From Nitrospirota bacterium (GTDB lineage: Bacteria > Nitrospirota > UBA9217): a stretch of DNA of 64,000 nt. The notes beneath the pieces were generated by a model. The model saw only the letters and a program-made list of their open reading frames with translations. It searched no databases and was not told where the DNA came from. Location: positions 128,001-192,000 of the forward strand of contig CAVVUN010000002.1 of NCBI GenBank assembly GCA_963751455.1, read 5' to 3'. This document shows, piece after piece, positions 32,723 to 43,656 of the stretch (position 1 is the stretch's first letter; every line of letters begins with the position of its first letter). Both the position numbers and the translations under genes were made by a program.

Positions 32723-33174
32723 AGAGTAACATGCTGATTTTGCTGGAATCAGGGGAAGAAGGTCTTTTGCAGAAGTGAGAACGAAGGGGCTCTTTTTTTA
32801 GAGATGCAAAACAATTATGTAAGGGTAATGAATCCCGCGACTTGCAATCCCCCGGCTCCTGCCGGGGGTAATGCGCCGTAGTCCGCGGGAGGTCGCGTTA
32901 TTAAAGGGAGCCTCCGGCTCCTGCCGGAGGGGGCTCCACTATAAAATCCTTAAGGCGTTTTATCCGCAGATGGCGGAGATTTCGCAGAAAAGCTTGCTGG
33001 AGAGTGAACAAAAACCAACTATTATTTCCACAGATTATACCGATTTCGCAGAATAAACGAATCTGGTCTCATGTTCTTTTTTATATCTGCGGCCATCCGT
33101 GTAATCTGCGGACAGTAAAATCCTTTGTCCTTCTGATTATTGACTAATCCCAGTCGCCGTGCTATAAGCAACGA

Positions 33175-34131
33175 GTGGACGGAAAACAGAAAATAAAACT
33201 CGCAATAAGCGCATGCCTGCTCGGTCAACCCGTAAGGTATGACGGGGAACACAAGCTCGACCACTATCTGCGTGACACGCTTGGGCGATTCGTGGAATGG
33301 GTCCCGGTCTGTCCCGAAGTCGAGTCAGGCCTTCCGGTTCCGCGCGAGGCAATGCGTCTCGAAGGCGATCCGGACTCGCCCCGGCTGTTGACACGAAACA
33401 CCCTGATCGATCACACAGATCGCATGAAGCGATGGTCAGGGACCAAGCTTGCGGAACTCGGCAAGAAGGACCTCTGCGGCTTTGTTTTCAAGGCCCGGTC
33501 GCCAAGCTCCGGTATGGAGCGCGTGAAAGTCTATTCGTCATCCGGAAAGTCCTTCAAGATGGGTTCGGGTTTGTTCGCGAAGGCATTCATGGACCGTTTC
33601 CCCTTCATCCCAACAGAAGACGAGGGCCGCCTGCAGGACCCGGGCATACGCGAGAATTTTATCGAACGCGTCTTCGTCTATTGCCGATGGCAGGAATTGA
33701 GACGGAGAAGGGGGAAAATCCGTGAACTCGTTGCATTCCATACGGAACACAAGTACCTGATCATGTCTCACAGCCTGAAACATCTGCGGGAGCTGGGCGC
33801 CCTGGTTTCGAATCCGAAAAGATATAGTCCGGGATTCCTTTTTCAGGACTATTTTCACGTTTTGATGGAGGCACTTCGGCTTCAGGCAACAGTGAAGAAA
33901 CATGCAAATGTACTGCAGCATATTGCCCGGTATTTCAAGCAGACCCTTTCAACCGACGAAAAACTGGAATTGCAGGACGTTATAACGCAATACCGGACAG
34001 AACTTGTGCCCCTTATCGTGCCGCTTACGCTCGTGAAACACTACGTCAGGAAATACGACGAGCCCTACCTCAAGCGGCAGTATTATCTCAATCCGCATCC
34101 TCTGGAGCTTATGCTCAGGAATCACGTCTAG
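33175..34131 (+). CDS. YbgA family (DUF523 + DUF1722) protein
   Basis: ISACLLG..VRYDG.H, VCPEVE, SPSSG, FHTEHKY. Confidence 0.92.
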   Translation: MDGKQKIKLAISACLLGQPVRYDGEHKLDHYLRDTLGRFVEWVPVCPEVESGLPVPREAMRLEGDPDSPRLLTRNTLIDHTDRMKRWSGTKLAELGKKDLCGFVFKARSPSSGMERVKVYSSSGKSFKMGSGLFAKAFMDRFPFIPTEDEGRLQDPGIRENFIERVFVYCRWQELRRRRGKIRELVAFHTEHKYLIMSHSLKHLRELGALVSNPKRYSPGFLFQDYFHVLMEALRLQATVKKHANVLQHIARYFKQTLSTDEKLELQDVITQYRTELVPLIVPLTLVKHYVRKYDEPYLKRQYYLNPHPLELMLRNHV

Positions 34132-34299
34132 ACCGCATTTCCCCGTGTTGTGCGACTATTATCGTTTGACATACGTACATAGTTATAGTAAAATTCTCAT
34201 GGTAAATCAGAGACTTTGAAACACATCACCAAAAGAAGCCGGGCAGCACAGTGAACGAAAATGCGGCGGCTCAGGGATGATATTTCAATAGCGAAAAGC

Positions 34300-35466
34300 A
34301 TGATAGAACTAACCGTACTCATGCCGTGTTTGAACGAAGCGGAAACTCTGGGGGCTTGTATAAACAGTGCCCGGAAACTTCTGGCCGACAACAATATCGA
34401 CGGTGAGATTCTTGTTTCCGATAACGGTTCCAGCGACGGGAGCCTGAGGATTGCGCAGGAGTTGGGCGCTCGCGTAGTGCATTGCGGCACCCGGGGATAC
34501 GGCGCGGCGCTCCAGCTGGGGCTTGAACAGGCCAACGGCAAGTATGTTCTGATGGGCGACAGCGACGACAGCTACCATTTTGACGAGGCCCTTCCCATGA
34601 TCGAGTTGCTTCGCCAGGGACGGGACGTCTGCATCGGCACCCGCCTGAAGGGCACGATCATGCCGGGAGCCATGCCCCTCATGAACCGGCATCTCGGGAA
34701 CCCGGTTCTTACCGCCATAGGAAAGAAGTTCTTTAAAATCGACGTGACGGATTTTCACTGCGGTATGCGCGCCTTTCGCAGGGACAAGGTCCTGGGACTT
34801 AACCTCGTTACCTCGGGGATGGAATGGGCCTCGGAAATGATCATTAAGTCCAGGTTGGCTGATTTGACGATTTCCGAGGTGCCCGTAACGCTCTACAAGG
34901 ACGGCCGAAGCCGGGAGTCGCATCTCAGACGCTGGAAGGACGGATGGAGGCATCTCCGCTTCATGCTGCTTCATGCCCCTGCCTGGCTTTTCATTTTTCC
35001 GGGCGCTGTTATGTTTCTAATCGGGTTCCTCGGCGAGATCCTGCTCGCCAGGGGACCGGTGTCGATCGACGGCGTAACCCTGGACGTCCACTCCCTTCTC
35101 GTCATGGCGTTCCTGGAGATACTGGGTGTGCAGGTCATTTTTACCGGCATCTTCGCAACGCTCTACAGCCATATCGTGGGGATAATTCCGTATAACGAGC
35201 GATTTCACCGATGGATGAAATTGTTTACCCTCGAGGACCTTTTGATCGCATCGGCAGTCCTCGGACTTCTCGGTCTTGGAGGGTTTTTCTTCACATTCTG
35301 GAAATGGTACCAGGTCGACTTCCTGGCCCTGAATTATCAGAAGACCATGCGGTACCTGATCCCATCGCTGACGTTGATAACCATAGCGATCCAGGGGTTT
35401 TTTAACGCCTTCATGATGTCCCTGCTGTTTTTGAAAACCAAAACGTTTTCGCCGTTGCAGTTATGA
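34300..35466 (+). CDS. GT2 polyprenol-phosphate glycosyltransferase with C-terminal TM helices
   Basis: MPCLNE, DNGSSD, MGDSDDSY, DFHCGMRAF. Confidence 0.9.
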   Translation: MIELTVLMPCLNEAETLGACINSARKLLADNNIDGEILVSDNGSSDGSLRIAQELGARVVHCGTRGYGAALQLGLEQANGKYVLMGDSDDSYHFDEALPMIELLRQGRDVCIGTRLKGTIMPGAMPLMNRHLGNPVLTAIGKKFFKIDVTDFHCGMRAFRRDKVLGLNLVTSGMEWASEMIIKSRLADLTISEVPVTLYKDGRSRESHLRRWKDGWRHLRFMLLHAPAWLFIFPGAVMFLIGFLGEILLARGPVSIDGVTLDVHSLLVMAFLEILGVQVIFTGIFATLYSHIVGIIPYNERFHRWMKLFTLEDLLIASAVLGLLGLGGFFFTFWKWYQVDFLALNYQKTMRYLIPSLTLITIAIQGFFNAFMMSLLFLKTKTFSPLQL

Positions 35467-36395
35467 GTGAACCGGTCACGGTCGTAATTCCGACGCTGAA
35501 CGCGGAATTTCATATTCTCCGGCTGATCAAAGCCCTGAAGGAGCAGACCCTCCCGTGCGAGATACTCATCATCGATTCTTCCTCATCGGATCGAACGGCT
35601 GCGGCTGCCGAATCCGCCGGTGCGAAAACAGTGATTATCAGGCAGGAGGATTTTGATCACGGGGGTACGAGGAGCCTGGCCGCGCAATATGCGCAGGGAG
35701 ACATTATCGTTTATCTCACGCAGGACGCTGTGCCGGCAGACAGGCATGCCCTCGAGAAACTTATTGAGCCCTTCAGAAACCCACAGGTGGGCGCAGCATA
35801 CGGACGACAATTGCCCAATCCTGACGCCTCGCCTTTCGCTGCCCATATGAGGCTGTTCAAATATCCTGCTGAGGCACGCCTGAAAAGCATACAGGACAGG
35901 GATAAATACGGCATCGAGACCCCGTTCCTCTCGGACTCTTTTTCGGCGTACCGCAAAGAGGCGTTGTTGAAGATCGGGTTGTTCAAGCAGGGGATTATTT
36001 TTGCCGAAGACGTTTATGCAGGGGCCAGGCTCATTCTGGCCGGCTACCAGATCGCCTATACGCCCGAGGCCGCGGTATATCATTCGCATGACCATACAAT
36101 GGTCGAGGAGTGCAAGCGCTATTTCGACACGGCCGTGTTTTACAAATCCGAAGCATGGATAGGAGAGGCTTTCGGCGGGAACAACGGCGAAGCCTGGCGC
36201 TACATCAAATCCGAATTTACATATCTGCTGAAACAGAGGGATTGGCTGAGGCTTATCGAATTTTTTCCGAGGACCGCACTGCGGGTGATCGGCTTTGGAC
36301 TGGGAAACTCGTACCAAATTTTGCCAGGGGCCGTGTGCAAGCGCTTGAGCGCCAATCCGGGGTGGTGGGAGAGGCGCAAGCCGCAGAGCGCATGA
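35463..36395 (+). CDS. GT2 rhamnosyltransferase-like protein
   Basis: IDSSSSD, FDHGGTR, LTQDA, AYGRQLP, VYHSH. Confidence 0.88.
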   Translation: MSEPVTVVIPTLNAEFHILRLIKALKEQTLPCEILIIDSSSSDRTAAAAESAGAKTVIIRQEDFDHGGTRSLAAQYAQGDIIVYLTQDAVPADRHALEKLIEPFRNPQVGAAYGRQLPNPDASPFAAHMRLFKYPAEARLKSIQDRDKYGIETPFLSDSFSAYRKEALLKIGLFKQGIIFAEDVYAGARLILAGYQIAYTPEAAVYHSHDHTMVEECKRYFDTAVFYKSEAWIGEAFGGNNGEAWRYIKSEFTYLLKQRDWLRLIEFFPRTALRVIGFGLGNSYQILPGAVCKRLSANPGWWERRKPQSA

Positions 36396-36557
36396 GCCCC
36401 GCGGCTTGCTGGGGCTCGCCAACCGCGTTTTCGCAGCCTGCCCTCGCCATATCGCGGCAACAGGTAAGAGCACGTAGCGAGCTAATACGATTTATTTCTT
36501 AACCTTGAAAGAGATAGCTTGATCAAAAAAAATCTGAGTTACTCTAAGGAGGTCAAT

Positions 36558-39500
36558 ATGTCGTTATTCCCGGTGTATGTGCGGAAGTACGCAGGCAAGC
36601 TTTTTCTCTCGGTTTTACCGCTTTCACTATTGATTTTGTCAGGGCTCGCGCCAGGTGTATGCGCGGCAGTGAGCTTCGGAACTGCTGCCGACTTCGGGAC
36701 AGGTCAGGACCCGCGATACGTTGCGACCGGCGACTTCAATGGTGATGGCAAGAAAGATATAGTGGCGGCAAACTATAACAGTAATACAATATCTGTCTTG
36801 CTCGCGAACGGAGATGGAACATACCAACCCGCAGTGAATTACACGGTCGGATCCAACCCAAAGGCCGTGGTAATCGGCGATTTTAACGGCGACGGAAAAC
36901 CCGACCTGGCGGTTGCGAATTCGAATTATGCCAGCAATATAGTATCCATTCTGACCGGCAATGGAGATGGGACGTTTCAGGCTCTACTGAATGTTACCGT
37001 AGAATCTGCGCCTGGGGCGCTGGCGGTGGGCGATTTCAATGGTGATGGCAGGCTTGATCTCGCAGTTGCGAACGGCAGCAACAATATCTCCATCCTTTTG
37101 GGAAACGGGAATGCTACCTTTCAAAGTGCCGTCAATTACTCAGTTGGCAGTAGTCCGTCATCTATCGCAGTTGCTGATTTCGAGGGAGACGGGACGCTTG
37201 ACCTTGCGCTAGCGAACTATAATGACTACACGGTTTCTATCTTAAAGGGCAACGGCAACGGGACCTTCCGTGCGGGGATGAGCTACTCGGTTTCAAACAA
37301 GCCCAGTTCAGTTGCCGCCGTAGATCTTAATCGGGATGGCAGATGTGACCTCGTAGTTTCAAACTATTTCGGTGGAAGTGTTACAGTCTTGCTGGGGATC
37401 GGCGGCGGCGATTTTCAACCATCCACGACCTTTCCAACGGCAGGTTATCCAGGATCTGTAGCAATAGGAGATTTTAACGGAGACGGAATCCCTGATGTGG
37501 CTGTTGCAAGAAATGGTGTCAGCAGTAACAATATCGTAATTTTGCTGGGGAACGGCAGCGGCGATTTTTCCTCTGTAATCAATGTTCAGGCGGACAATAC
37601 CGGCTCTTATGGAATTGCTGCGGATGATATGAACAATGATGGAAAGCCGGATCTTGTGGTCGGTTATTATGCCAATACCAATATCTCGGTTTTGCTCAAC
37701 ATGTCGGATTTCGAGGCATCGGGCGCGTTCAGCCAGGTGGCGACTTACACAACCGGGACTTCTCCTGCGGCAGCTGTTTCCCCTGATCTGAACAATGACG
37801 GAAGAGCAGACCTGGCAGTGGCAAATTCCGGGAGCAATACAGTATCTGTGTTTTCGGGAAATGGCGACGGAAACTTCACCCCGCAGGGTGAATACGTAAC
37901 AGGAAGTGAGCCTCGCGCTCTCGCCACAGGCGAGTTGAACCGGGATGGCAAAATTGATCTTATTACGGCGAATCGCATTGGCGGAACAGTATCCGTTTTA
38001 CTGGGCACAGGAAATGGCAGTTTTGCACAAGGAGTTGATTATGCTGCCGGGTCTCTGCCCACCGATGTTGTCTTGGGCGATTTTAACAGAGATGGGAAAC
38101 CTGACTTGGCGGTTGCGAATTCCGGAAGCGACACAATTTCCATCTTACTCGGAAATGGAGATGGTACTTTCCAACCAGGGATAGCGTATGGTGTAGCTGC
38201 TGGTCCTCTTACTCTTATGGCAAGAGACTTGAACGGCGATGAGAAGTTGGATATAGCTGCAGTAAACCGGGAGAACTCCAGCGTAAGTATATTGCTGAGT
38301 AATGGAGACGGCACATTTCAATCGGTTGTGAACTATGCTGCGGGAGAAGAGCCTTATTGTGTTGCTATGGGCGACTTTAACCATGACGGCAAGATTGACC
38401 TTGCTATTGGTGGAACCTTCAATACATCAATTCTTCTGGGGAACGGCGATGGCACTTTTGCGCCTGCTGTTTTGTCCCCGATCGCAAATCACTCTCTAAT
38501 AACCAATGACTTTAACAGAGACGGGAATATTGATATGGCAGGTGACAGTACCATCCTGATGGGTAACAATGACGGCACCTTCCAGTCGGCAATCACCTAC
38601 CCGGTAGGAGGTAATGCGGGTACTAGTGCGGATTTTAATGGCGACGGCAAGCCAGACCTCGCAGTCGTGAACGATATGAATGGCGGCGCCAGCGGCATGG
38701 CTTCTATTTTGTTGAACCTTGCACCTGACATGACGCCCGACACCTTCTCATTCGTGGATCAGACCAATGTGTCCCCAAGCACGCTGGTCACTTCGAACAG
38801 CATAACGGTCGCCGGCATCAACAGCTTAAGCCCCGTCTCCATAGCGGGGGGCGAATATTCAATTAATGGCGAAGCCTACACATCCGCTGAGGGGTCCGTA
38901 AATAATGGCGATACCGTCACTGTGCGCCAGACGTCGTCGCCTAATTATTCAACGAGGACCGAGGCAATCCTTACCATCGGAGGCGTATCCGGCACATTTA
39001 GCGTTACCACGTATTCGGGTGCTGACCTCATTGTATCGTCTGTGGGTGCGCCCTCAACGGCCGCAGCAGGAGGTACGATCACCATAATAGACACAACACG
39101 AAACAACGGAGCGGGCCCATCGGGCACATCAACTACCGGCTTCTATCTTTCGTCAAATTCGACATACGAAAGTTCTGACGTATTGCTGGGGAGCAGGTCG
39201 ATCGTTTCGTTAGCTGCCGGGTCGAGCAGCTTCGGGAGTACATCAGTAACGATCCCTGCGGGAACTATTGCCGGAAACTATTACATCATAGCCGTGGCTG
39301 ATTCAGGCGGGACAGAATCGGAAACGAATGAAACAAACAACTGGAGGGCCAGCCCGGCAATCTTGATAGGCACTGATCTGACCGTAATGTTTGTGGCTGC
39401 GCCCTCAAAGGCAGCAGCAGGAGCGGCGGTCACTATATCAGACACAACACGAAACAACGGAGCGGGCCCATCGGGCACATCAACTACCGGCTTCTATCTT

Positions 39501-40781
39501 TCTTCAGATTCGACATACGAGAGTTCTGACGTATTGCTGGGGAGCAGGTCGATCGTTTCGTTAGCTACCGGGTCGAGCAGCTTCGGGAGTACATCAGTAA
39601 CGATCCCTGCGGGAACTATTGCCGGAAACTATTACATCATAGCCGTGGCTGATTCAGGCGGGACAGAATCGGAAACGAATGAAACAAACAACTGGAGGGC
39701 CAGCCCGGCAATCTTAATAGGCACTGATCTGACCGTAATGTTTGTGGCTGCGCCCTCAAAGGCAGCAGCAGGAGCGGCGATCATTATATCAGACACAACA
39801 CGAAACAACGGAGCGGGACCATCGGGTACATCTATCACCAGTTTCTATCTTTCGTCGAACTTGACATACGAGAGTTCTGACGTATTGGTGGGGAGCAGGT
39901 CGGTGGGTCCCTTAGCTGCGGGAGCGAGCAGCGTCGGAAATACATCAGTAACGATCCCTGCGGGAACTATTGCCGGAAACTATTACATCATAGCCGTGGC
40001 TGATTCAGGCGGGACAGAATCGGAAACGAATGAAACAAACAACTGGAGGGCCAGCCCGGCAATCTTAATAGGCACTGATCTGACCGTAATGTTTGTGGCT
40101 GCGCCCTCAAAGGCAGCAGCAGGAGCGGCGATCATTATATCAGACACAACACGAAACAACGGAGCGGGACCATCGGGTACATCTATCACCAGTTTCTATC
40201 TTTCGTCGAACTTGACATACGAGAGTTCTGACGTATTGGTGGGGAGCAGGTCGGTGGGTCCCTTAGCTGCGGGAGCGAGCAGCGTCGGAAATACATCAGT
40301 AACGATCCCTGCCGGAACTATTGCCGGAAACTATTACATTATAGCGGCGGCTGATTCAGGCGGGACAGAATCGGAAACGAATGAAACAAACAACTGGAGG
40401 GCCAGCCCGGCAATCTTAATAGGCACTGATCTGACCGTAACGTCTGTGGATGGGCCGTCAACGGCAGCAGCAGGAGAGACAGTTATCATTACAGACACAA
40501 CAGAAAACAGCGGAGCGGGATCATCGGGCACATCAGTAACCAGTTTGTATCTTTCGACGGACTTTCAATACGACGAAGCGGACGTATTACTGGGGAGCAG
40601 AGCGATCGATTCGTTAGCTGCCGGAGCGATCAGCGTTGGCAGTACATCAGTAACGATCCCTGCCGGAACTGTCGCCGGAAACTATTACATCATAGTGGTG
40701 GCTGATTCAGGCGGGACAGAATCGGAAGCAAATGAAATAAACAACTCAAAGGAGTGGTCGTTCACAGTATCCGGCATATGA
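36558..40781 (+). CDS. Secreted FG-GAP/VCBS repeat protein with an Ig-like linker and five CARDB domains
   Basis: Signal peptide; many DFNGDGKPDL repeats; YYIIAVAD...E.NETNN repeats. Confidence 0.92.
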   Translation: MSLFPVYVRKYAGKLFLSVLPLSLLILSGLAPGVCAAVSFGTAADFGTGQDPRYVATGDFNGDGKKDIVAANYNSNTISVLLANGDGTYQPAVNYTVGSNPKAVVIGDFNGDGKPDLAVANSNYASNIVSILTGNGDGTFQALLNVTVESAPGALAVGDFNGDGRLDLAVANGSNNISILLGNGNATFQSAVNYSVGSSPSSIAVADFEGDGTLDLALANYNDYTVSILKGNGNGTFRAGMSYSVSNKPSSVAAVDLNRDGRCDLVVSNYFGGSVTVLLGIGGGDFQPSTTFPTAGYPGSVAIGDFNGDGIPDVAVARNGVSSNNIVILLGNGSGDFSSVINVQADNTGSYGIAADDMNNDGKPDLVVGYYANTNISVLLNMSDFEASGAFSQVATYTTGTSPAAAVSPDLNNDGRADLAVANSGSNTVSVFSGNGDGNFTPQGEYVTGSEPRALATGELNRDGKIDLITANRIGGTVSVLLGTGNGSFAQGVDYAAGSLPTDVVLGDFNRDGKPDLAVANSGSDTISILLGNGDGTFQPGIAYGVAAGPLTLMARDLNGDEKLDIAAVNRENSSVSILLSNGDGTFQSVVNYAAGEEPYCVAMGDFNHDGKIDLAIGGTFNTSILLGNGDGTFAPAVLSPIANHSLITNDFNRDGNIDMAGDSTILMGNNDGTFQSAITYPVGGNAGTSADFNGDGKPDLAVVNDMNGGASGMASILLNLAPDMTPDTFSFVDQTNVSPSTLVTSNSITVAGINSLSPVSIAGGEYSINGEAYTSAEGSVNNGDTVTVRQTSSPNYSTRTEAILTIGGVSGTFSVTTYSGADLIVSSVGAPSTAAAGGTITIIDTTRNNGAGPSGTSTTGFYLSSNSTYESSDVLLGSRSIVSLAAGSSSFGSTSVTIPAGTIAGNYYIIAVADSGGTESETNETNNWRASPAILIGTDLTVMFVAAPSKAAAGAAVTISDTTRNNGAGPSGTSTTGFYLSSDSTYESSDVLLGSRSIVSLATGSSSFGSTSVTIPAGTIAGNYYIIAVADSGGTESETNETNNWRASPAILIGTDLTVMFVAAPSKAAAGAAIIISDTTRNNGAGPSGTSITSFYLSSNLTYESSDVLVGSRSVGPLAAGASSVGNTSVTIPAGTIAGNYYIIAVADSGGTESETNETNNWRASPAILIGTDLTVMFVAAPSKAAAGAAIIISDTTRNNGAGPSGTSITSFYLSSNLTYESSDVLVGSRSVGPLAAGASSVGNTSVTIPAGTIAGNYYIIAAADSGGTESETNETNNWRASPAILIGTDLTVTSVDGPSTAAAGETVIITDTTENSGAGSSGTSVTSLYLSTDFQYDEADVLLGSRAIDSLAAGAISVGSTSVTIPAGTVAGNYYIIVVADSGGTESEANEINNSKEWSFTVSGI
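39021..40770 (+). repeat. Five tandem 351-bp CARDB-coding repeats
   Basis: Units start near 39021, 39372, 39723, 40074 and 40425; units 3 and 4 are almost identical. Confidence 0.92.
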
Positions 40782-41021
40782 TCCTGGGGACATCCCCGGT
40801 ACTTGTCCTTGCTTCAGGATGCTTAATGGTGCCGCGGACGGCGATACGATCATCACCCAGGCAAATGAGTTCATAGAGGACCTTGTCCTCGCCGTCCTGT
40901 ATCGCTGGTTATTTCAGGCGGCCATGACATGCAAAACATTTAGAACAGATTGATCAAGCTGACACCGGAGCTGGGTGAGGGCTAAAAAACGCCACTCAAA
41001 AACCACTCAGCGGCTTAACGA

Positions 41022-41642
41022 TTGATCCATGGAGAAACAGTGACAAAAAACATCGTATGGCATGAGACGTTTGTGGACCGGCAGGACCGGAACCGCATCA
41101 ACAAGCATAAGAGCGGTGTGGTGTGGTTCACCGGGTGCCCGGCGTCTGGAAAATCCACAATTGCCCATCACATGGAGAAAGAGCTCTTTGACCGCGGCAT
41201 CCGCTGCTACGTTCTAGACGGCGATAACGTGCGGCACGGCATCAATTCCAACCTCGGGTTCAGCCGGGACGACCGGCGGGAGAACCTGCGCAGAATCGGC
41301 GAGCTTTCGAAGCTCTTTGTGGATGCCGGCATTGTCGTGCTCGCGGCTTTTGTCTCCCCTTACCGTGAGGACAGGGAATTTATCAGGCAGACCGTGGGTC
41401 CCGAGTTCTTTTTCGAGGCATACGTAAAGTGCTCGATTGAAACCTGCGAGAAGCGCGACCCAAAGGGACACTACAAGAAGGCAAAAGCCGGGCTCATCAA
41501 GGATTACACTGGCGTCTCGGCGCCTTATGAAGAACCCGAGAACCCCGAGATCGTTCTCGATACCGAGGAGATTGACGTGGAAACTTCGGTCCGAACGGTC
41601 CTGGAGTTTCTGGAAAGAAAGAAGTTTATATTGCTGATGTGA
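41022..41642 (+). CDS. cysC: Adenylyl-sulfate kinase
   Basis: WFTG..ASGKST, LDGDNVRHG, RDPKG.YKKA, YEEP. Confidence 0.95.
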   Translation: MIHGETVTKNIVWHETFVDRQDRNRINKHKSGVVWFTGCPASGKSTIAHHMEKELFDRGIRCYVLDGDNVRHGINSNLGFSRDDRRENLRRIGELSKLFVDAGIVVLAAFVSPYREDREFIRQTVGPEFFFEAYVKCSIETCEKRDPKGHYKKAKAGLIKDYTGVSAPYEEPENPEIVLDTEEIDVETSVRTVLEFLERKKFILLM

Positions 41643-41807
41643 AGCTTGCCTGCGCAACGCATAGAGCATAGAGCATAGTGTTGGTTGAGTGCGGTGAAAG
41701 TTGGCTAAATCGAGAATAGATGAGTAATCAAGTGGTTGACCAACTCAACGAATCGAATACTTAAACAGCTCAACTTTTTTACTTTAAACAAGCAGGAGGA
41801 GAAGCTT

Positions 41808-42596
41808 ATGTTGAAGAGATTAAAGATGTCATGCGGAATTTGCGAAAGATATTTTTTGAGCGTCTTAGCTTTCCTTTGTATGTTTATAACGGCAAGCCTC
41901 TTCCAGGCCAGTGTCTCTTACGGTGCCGACAAGCTAGTGGTTAAGGATTCGGGGGGAACGAATCAAAAATTCGTGGTAACGGACAGTGGGACTGTCAGTG
42001 TAGGAACTTCCTCCACAATTTATCCTTTATTTATCACTTCCGATATTGCCGGCAATGTTCCAGGAGGGGTCGGGATGTTTATGCTTACTGGTAATGCAAA
42101 TAAGGAAAGAATTGAATTAAGGTCCCCCGGAGAAGCTGGTTTGAGAGGAGCGGCTGTTCAAGGAAAAGGGTATGGCGGCACCATAGAATCGCCGACGGCC
42201 ACACAACAAGATGCGATCCTGATGATTTTAGGAGGCAGCGGTCATGATGGCAATCAAATAATCGTTCCAAATAAGGCGGGTATCTTCATGATGTCCGGCG
42301 AAAATTGGAATACAACTTCTAATGGGACCTACATGCGTTTTGATACAACTTCCAATGGGTCTACTACAAAAACCGAAAAAATGCGTGTAACAGGTGACGG
42401 CAGTGTCGGTATCGGGACGACTGCGCCAACTGCTCTTTTCGATGTAAACAGCAATGGCATAAGGATCAGAAATTCGAGGACGCCTGCGAGCGCCGGCGAA
42501 TCATGCAATCAGGGAGACATGGCCTGGGATGCCGGATATGTCTATGTGTGTGTGGCTCAAAATTCGTGGAAACGGGCCAATTTGGCCGCTTGGTAA
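41808..42596 (+). CDS. Exported fibre-like beta protein
   Basis: AGGAGG RBS, signal peptide, GSVGIGTTAP, C-terminal GDMAWD..YVYVC...WKR. Confidence 0.75.
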   Translation: MLKRLKMSCGICERYFLSVLAFLCMFITASLFQASVSYGADKLVVKDSGGTNQKFVVTDSGTVSVGTSSTIYPLFITSDIAGNVPGGVGMFMLTGNANKERIELRSPGEAGLRGAAVQGKGYGGTIESPTATQQDAILMILGGSGHDGNQIIVPNKAGIFMMSGENWNTTSNGTYMRFDTTSNGSTTKTEKMRVTGDGSVGIGTTAPTALFDVNSNGIRIRNSRTPASAGESCNQGDMAWDAGYVYVCVAQNSWKRANLAAW

Positions 42597-42720
42597 TCCA
42601 TAGAGAGATGAGCAACTGGTTGAGTCGTTGAGTAACAGTGGGAATCACGACGCGATGGAGCATCTGGTGAATGGTTAAGTTGTCAACTACTCAACAACAA
42701 AAGCCTGAACAGTCTGAATT

Positions 42721-43536
42721 ATGAGAAACATACAAATCTTTATTGCTTTTTTGAAAAAGCTTTATGAGAGCCGCTACATGATACGGATGATGGCGATCCG
42801 TGACTTGAAAGCGGTTTATGTGGGCAGTCTTTTCGGTTTTTTCTGGGCAGTCATAAATCCTCTTGTCCAGCTTGCCATATACGGCATCGTTTTCGGTGTG
42901 CTGTTCAATTCGAGGCCGGACCCGGTATACGGGACGGACAGCTACTTCCTGTTCCTGCTCTGCGGACTCGTACCGTGGCAGTTTTTCGCTCAGACCGTCA
43001 GCGCGTCGACCAGGGTGCTTGTCTCAAACAGCAACCTGATCAAAAAGGCAGTTGGGTTCAATTCGGAGATACTTCCAGTCATAACAGTCCTTAGCAATAT
43101 CATCAGCCATCTCATCGGTTTCGCTCTCCTGCTTGTGATCGTTGTTATTTTCTCGGGAAAGATTTCGCCCGTCACGCCCATCATACTTCTCTATTTGTTT
43201 TTTGTTATTGTATTTGCCGTCGGTATCGGCTGGATTCTTTCGAGTCTCAATGTCTATTTAAGGGACATGCAGCAGGTAGTGGGTCTCTTGACGCTGGCCT
43301 GGATGTTCTTCACGCCCATTTTCTATCCCGCAAGCTTAATCCCCGCGAAATTGGCGCCAGTCGTCAGATTAAACCCTCTGTATCACATGGTCGAGGGATA
43401 TCGGCATGCGATCCTGGCCGGTAGGGTACTGCCTGCAGCTGACATTGCATACATGGCTGTTGTTTCCCTTCTGACCTTCGCCTTCGGCGGGCTGCTTTTC
43501 AGGAGGCTCAAACCGGGGTTTGCGGAAGTGTTGTGA
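42721..43536 (+). CDS. wzm: Polysaccharide ABC transporter permease
   Basis: YVGSLFGFFWAVINP, TPIFYP, LNPL. Confidence 0.92.
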   Translation: MRNIQIFIAFLKKLYESRYMIRMMAIRDLKAVYVGSLFGFFWAVINPLVQLAIYGIVFGVLFNSRPDPVYGTDSYFLFLLCGLVPWQFFAQTVSASTRVLVSNSNLIKKAVGFNSEILPVITVLSNIISHLIGFALLLVIVVIFSGKISPVTPIILLYLFFVIVFAVGIGWILSSLNVYLRDMQQVVGLLTLAWMFFTPIFYPASLIPAKLAPVVRLNPLYHMVEGYRHAILAGRVLPAADIAYMAVVSLLTFAFGGLLFRRLKPGFAEVL

Positions 43537-43656
43537 GTCTGCATAGCGCAAAGCGCATGGAGCAGAACGCAGGGGGAAGATGCAAAGCGCATAAAGCATG
43601 AGCGAAAAGAGCAAAAAGCAACGCTATGCACCATGCCCCATGCAGGTTAAGAAACC

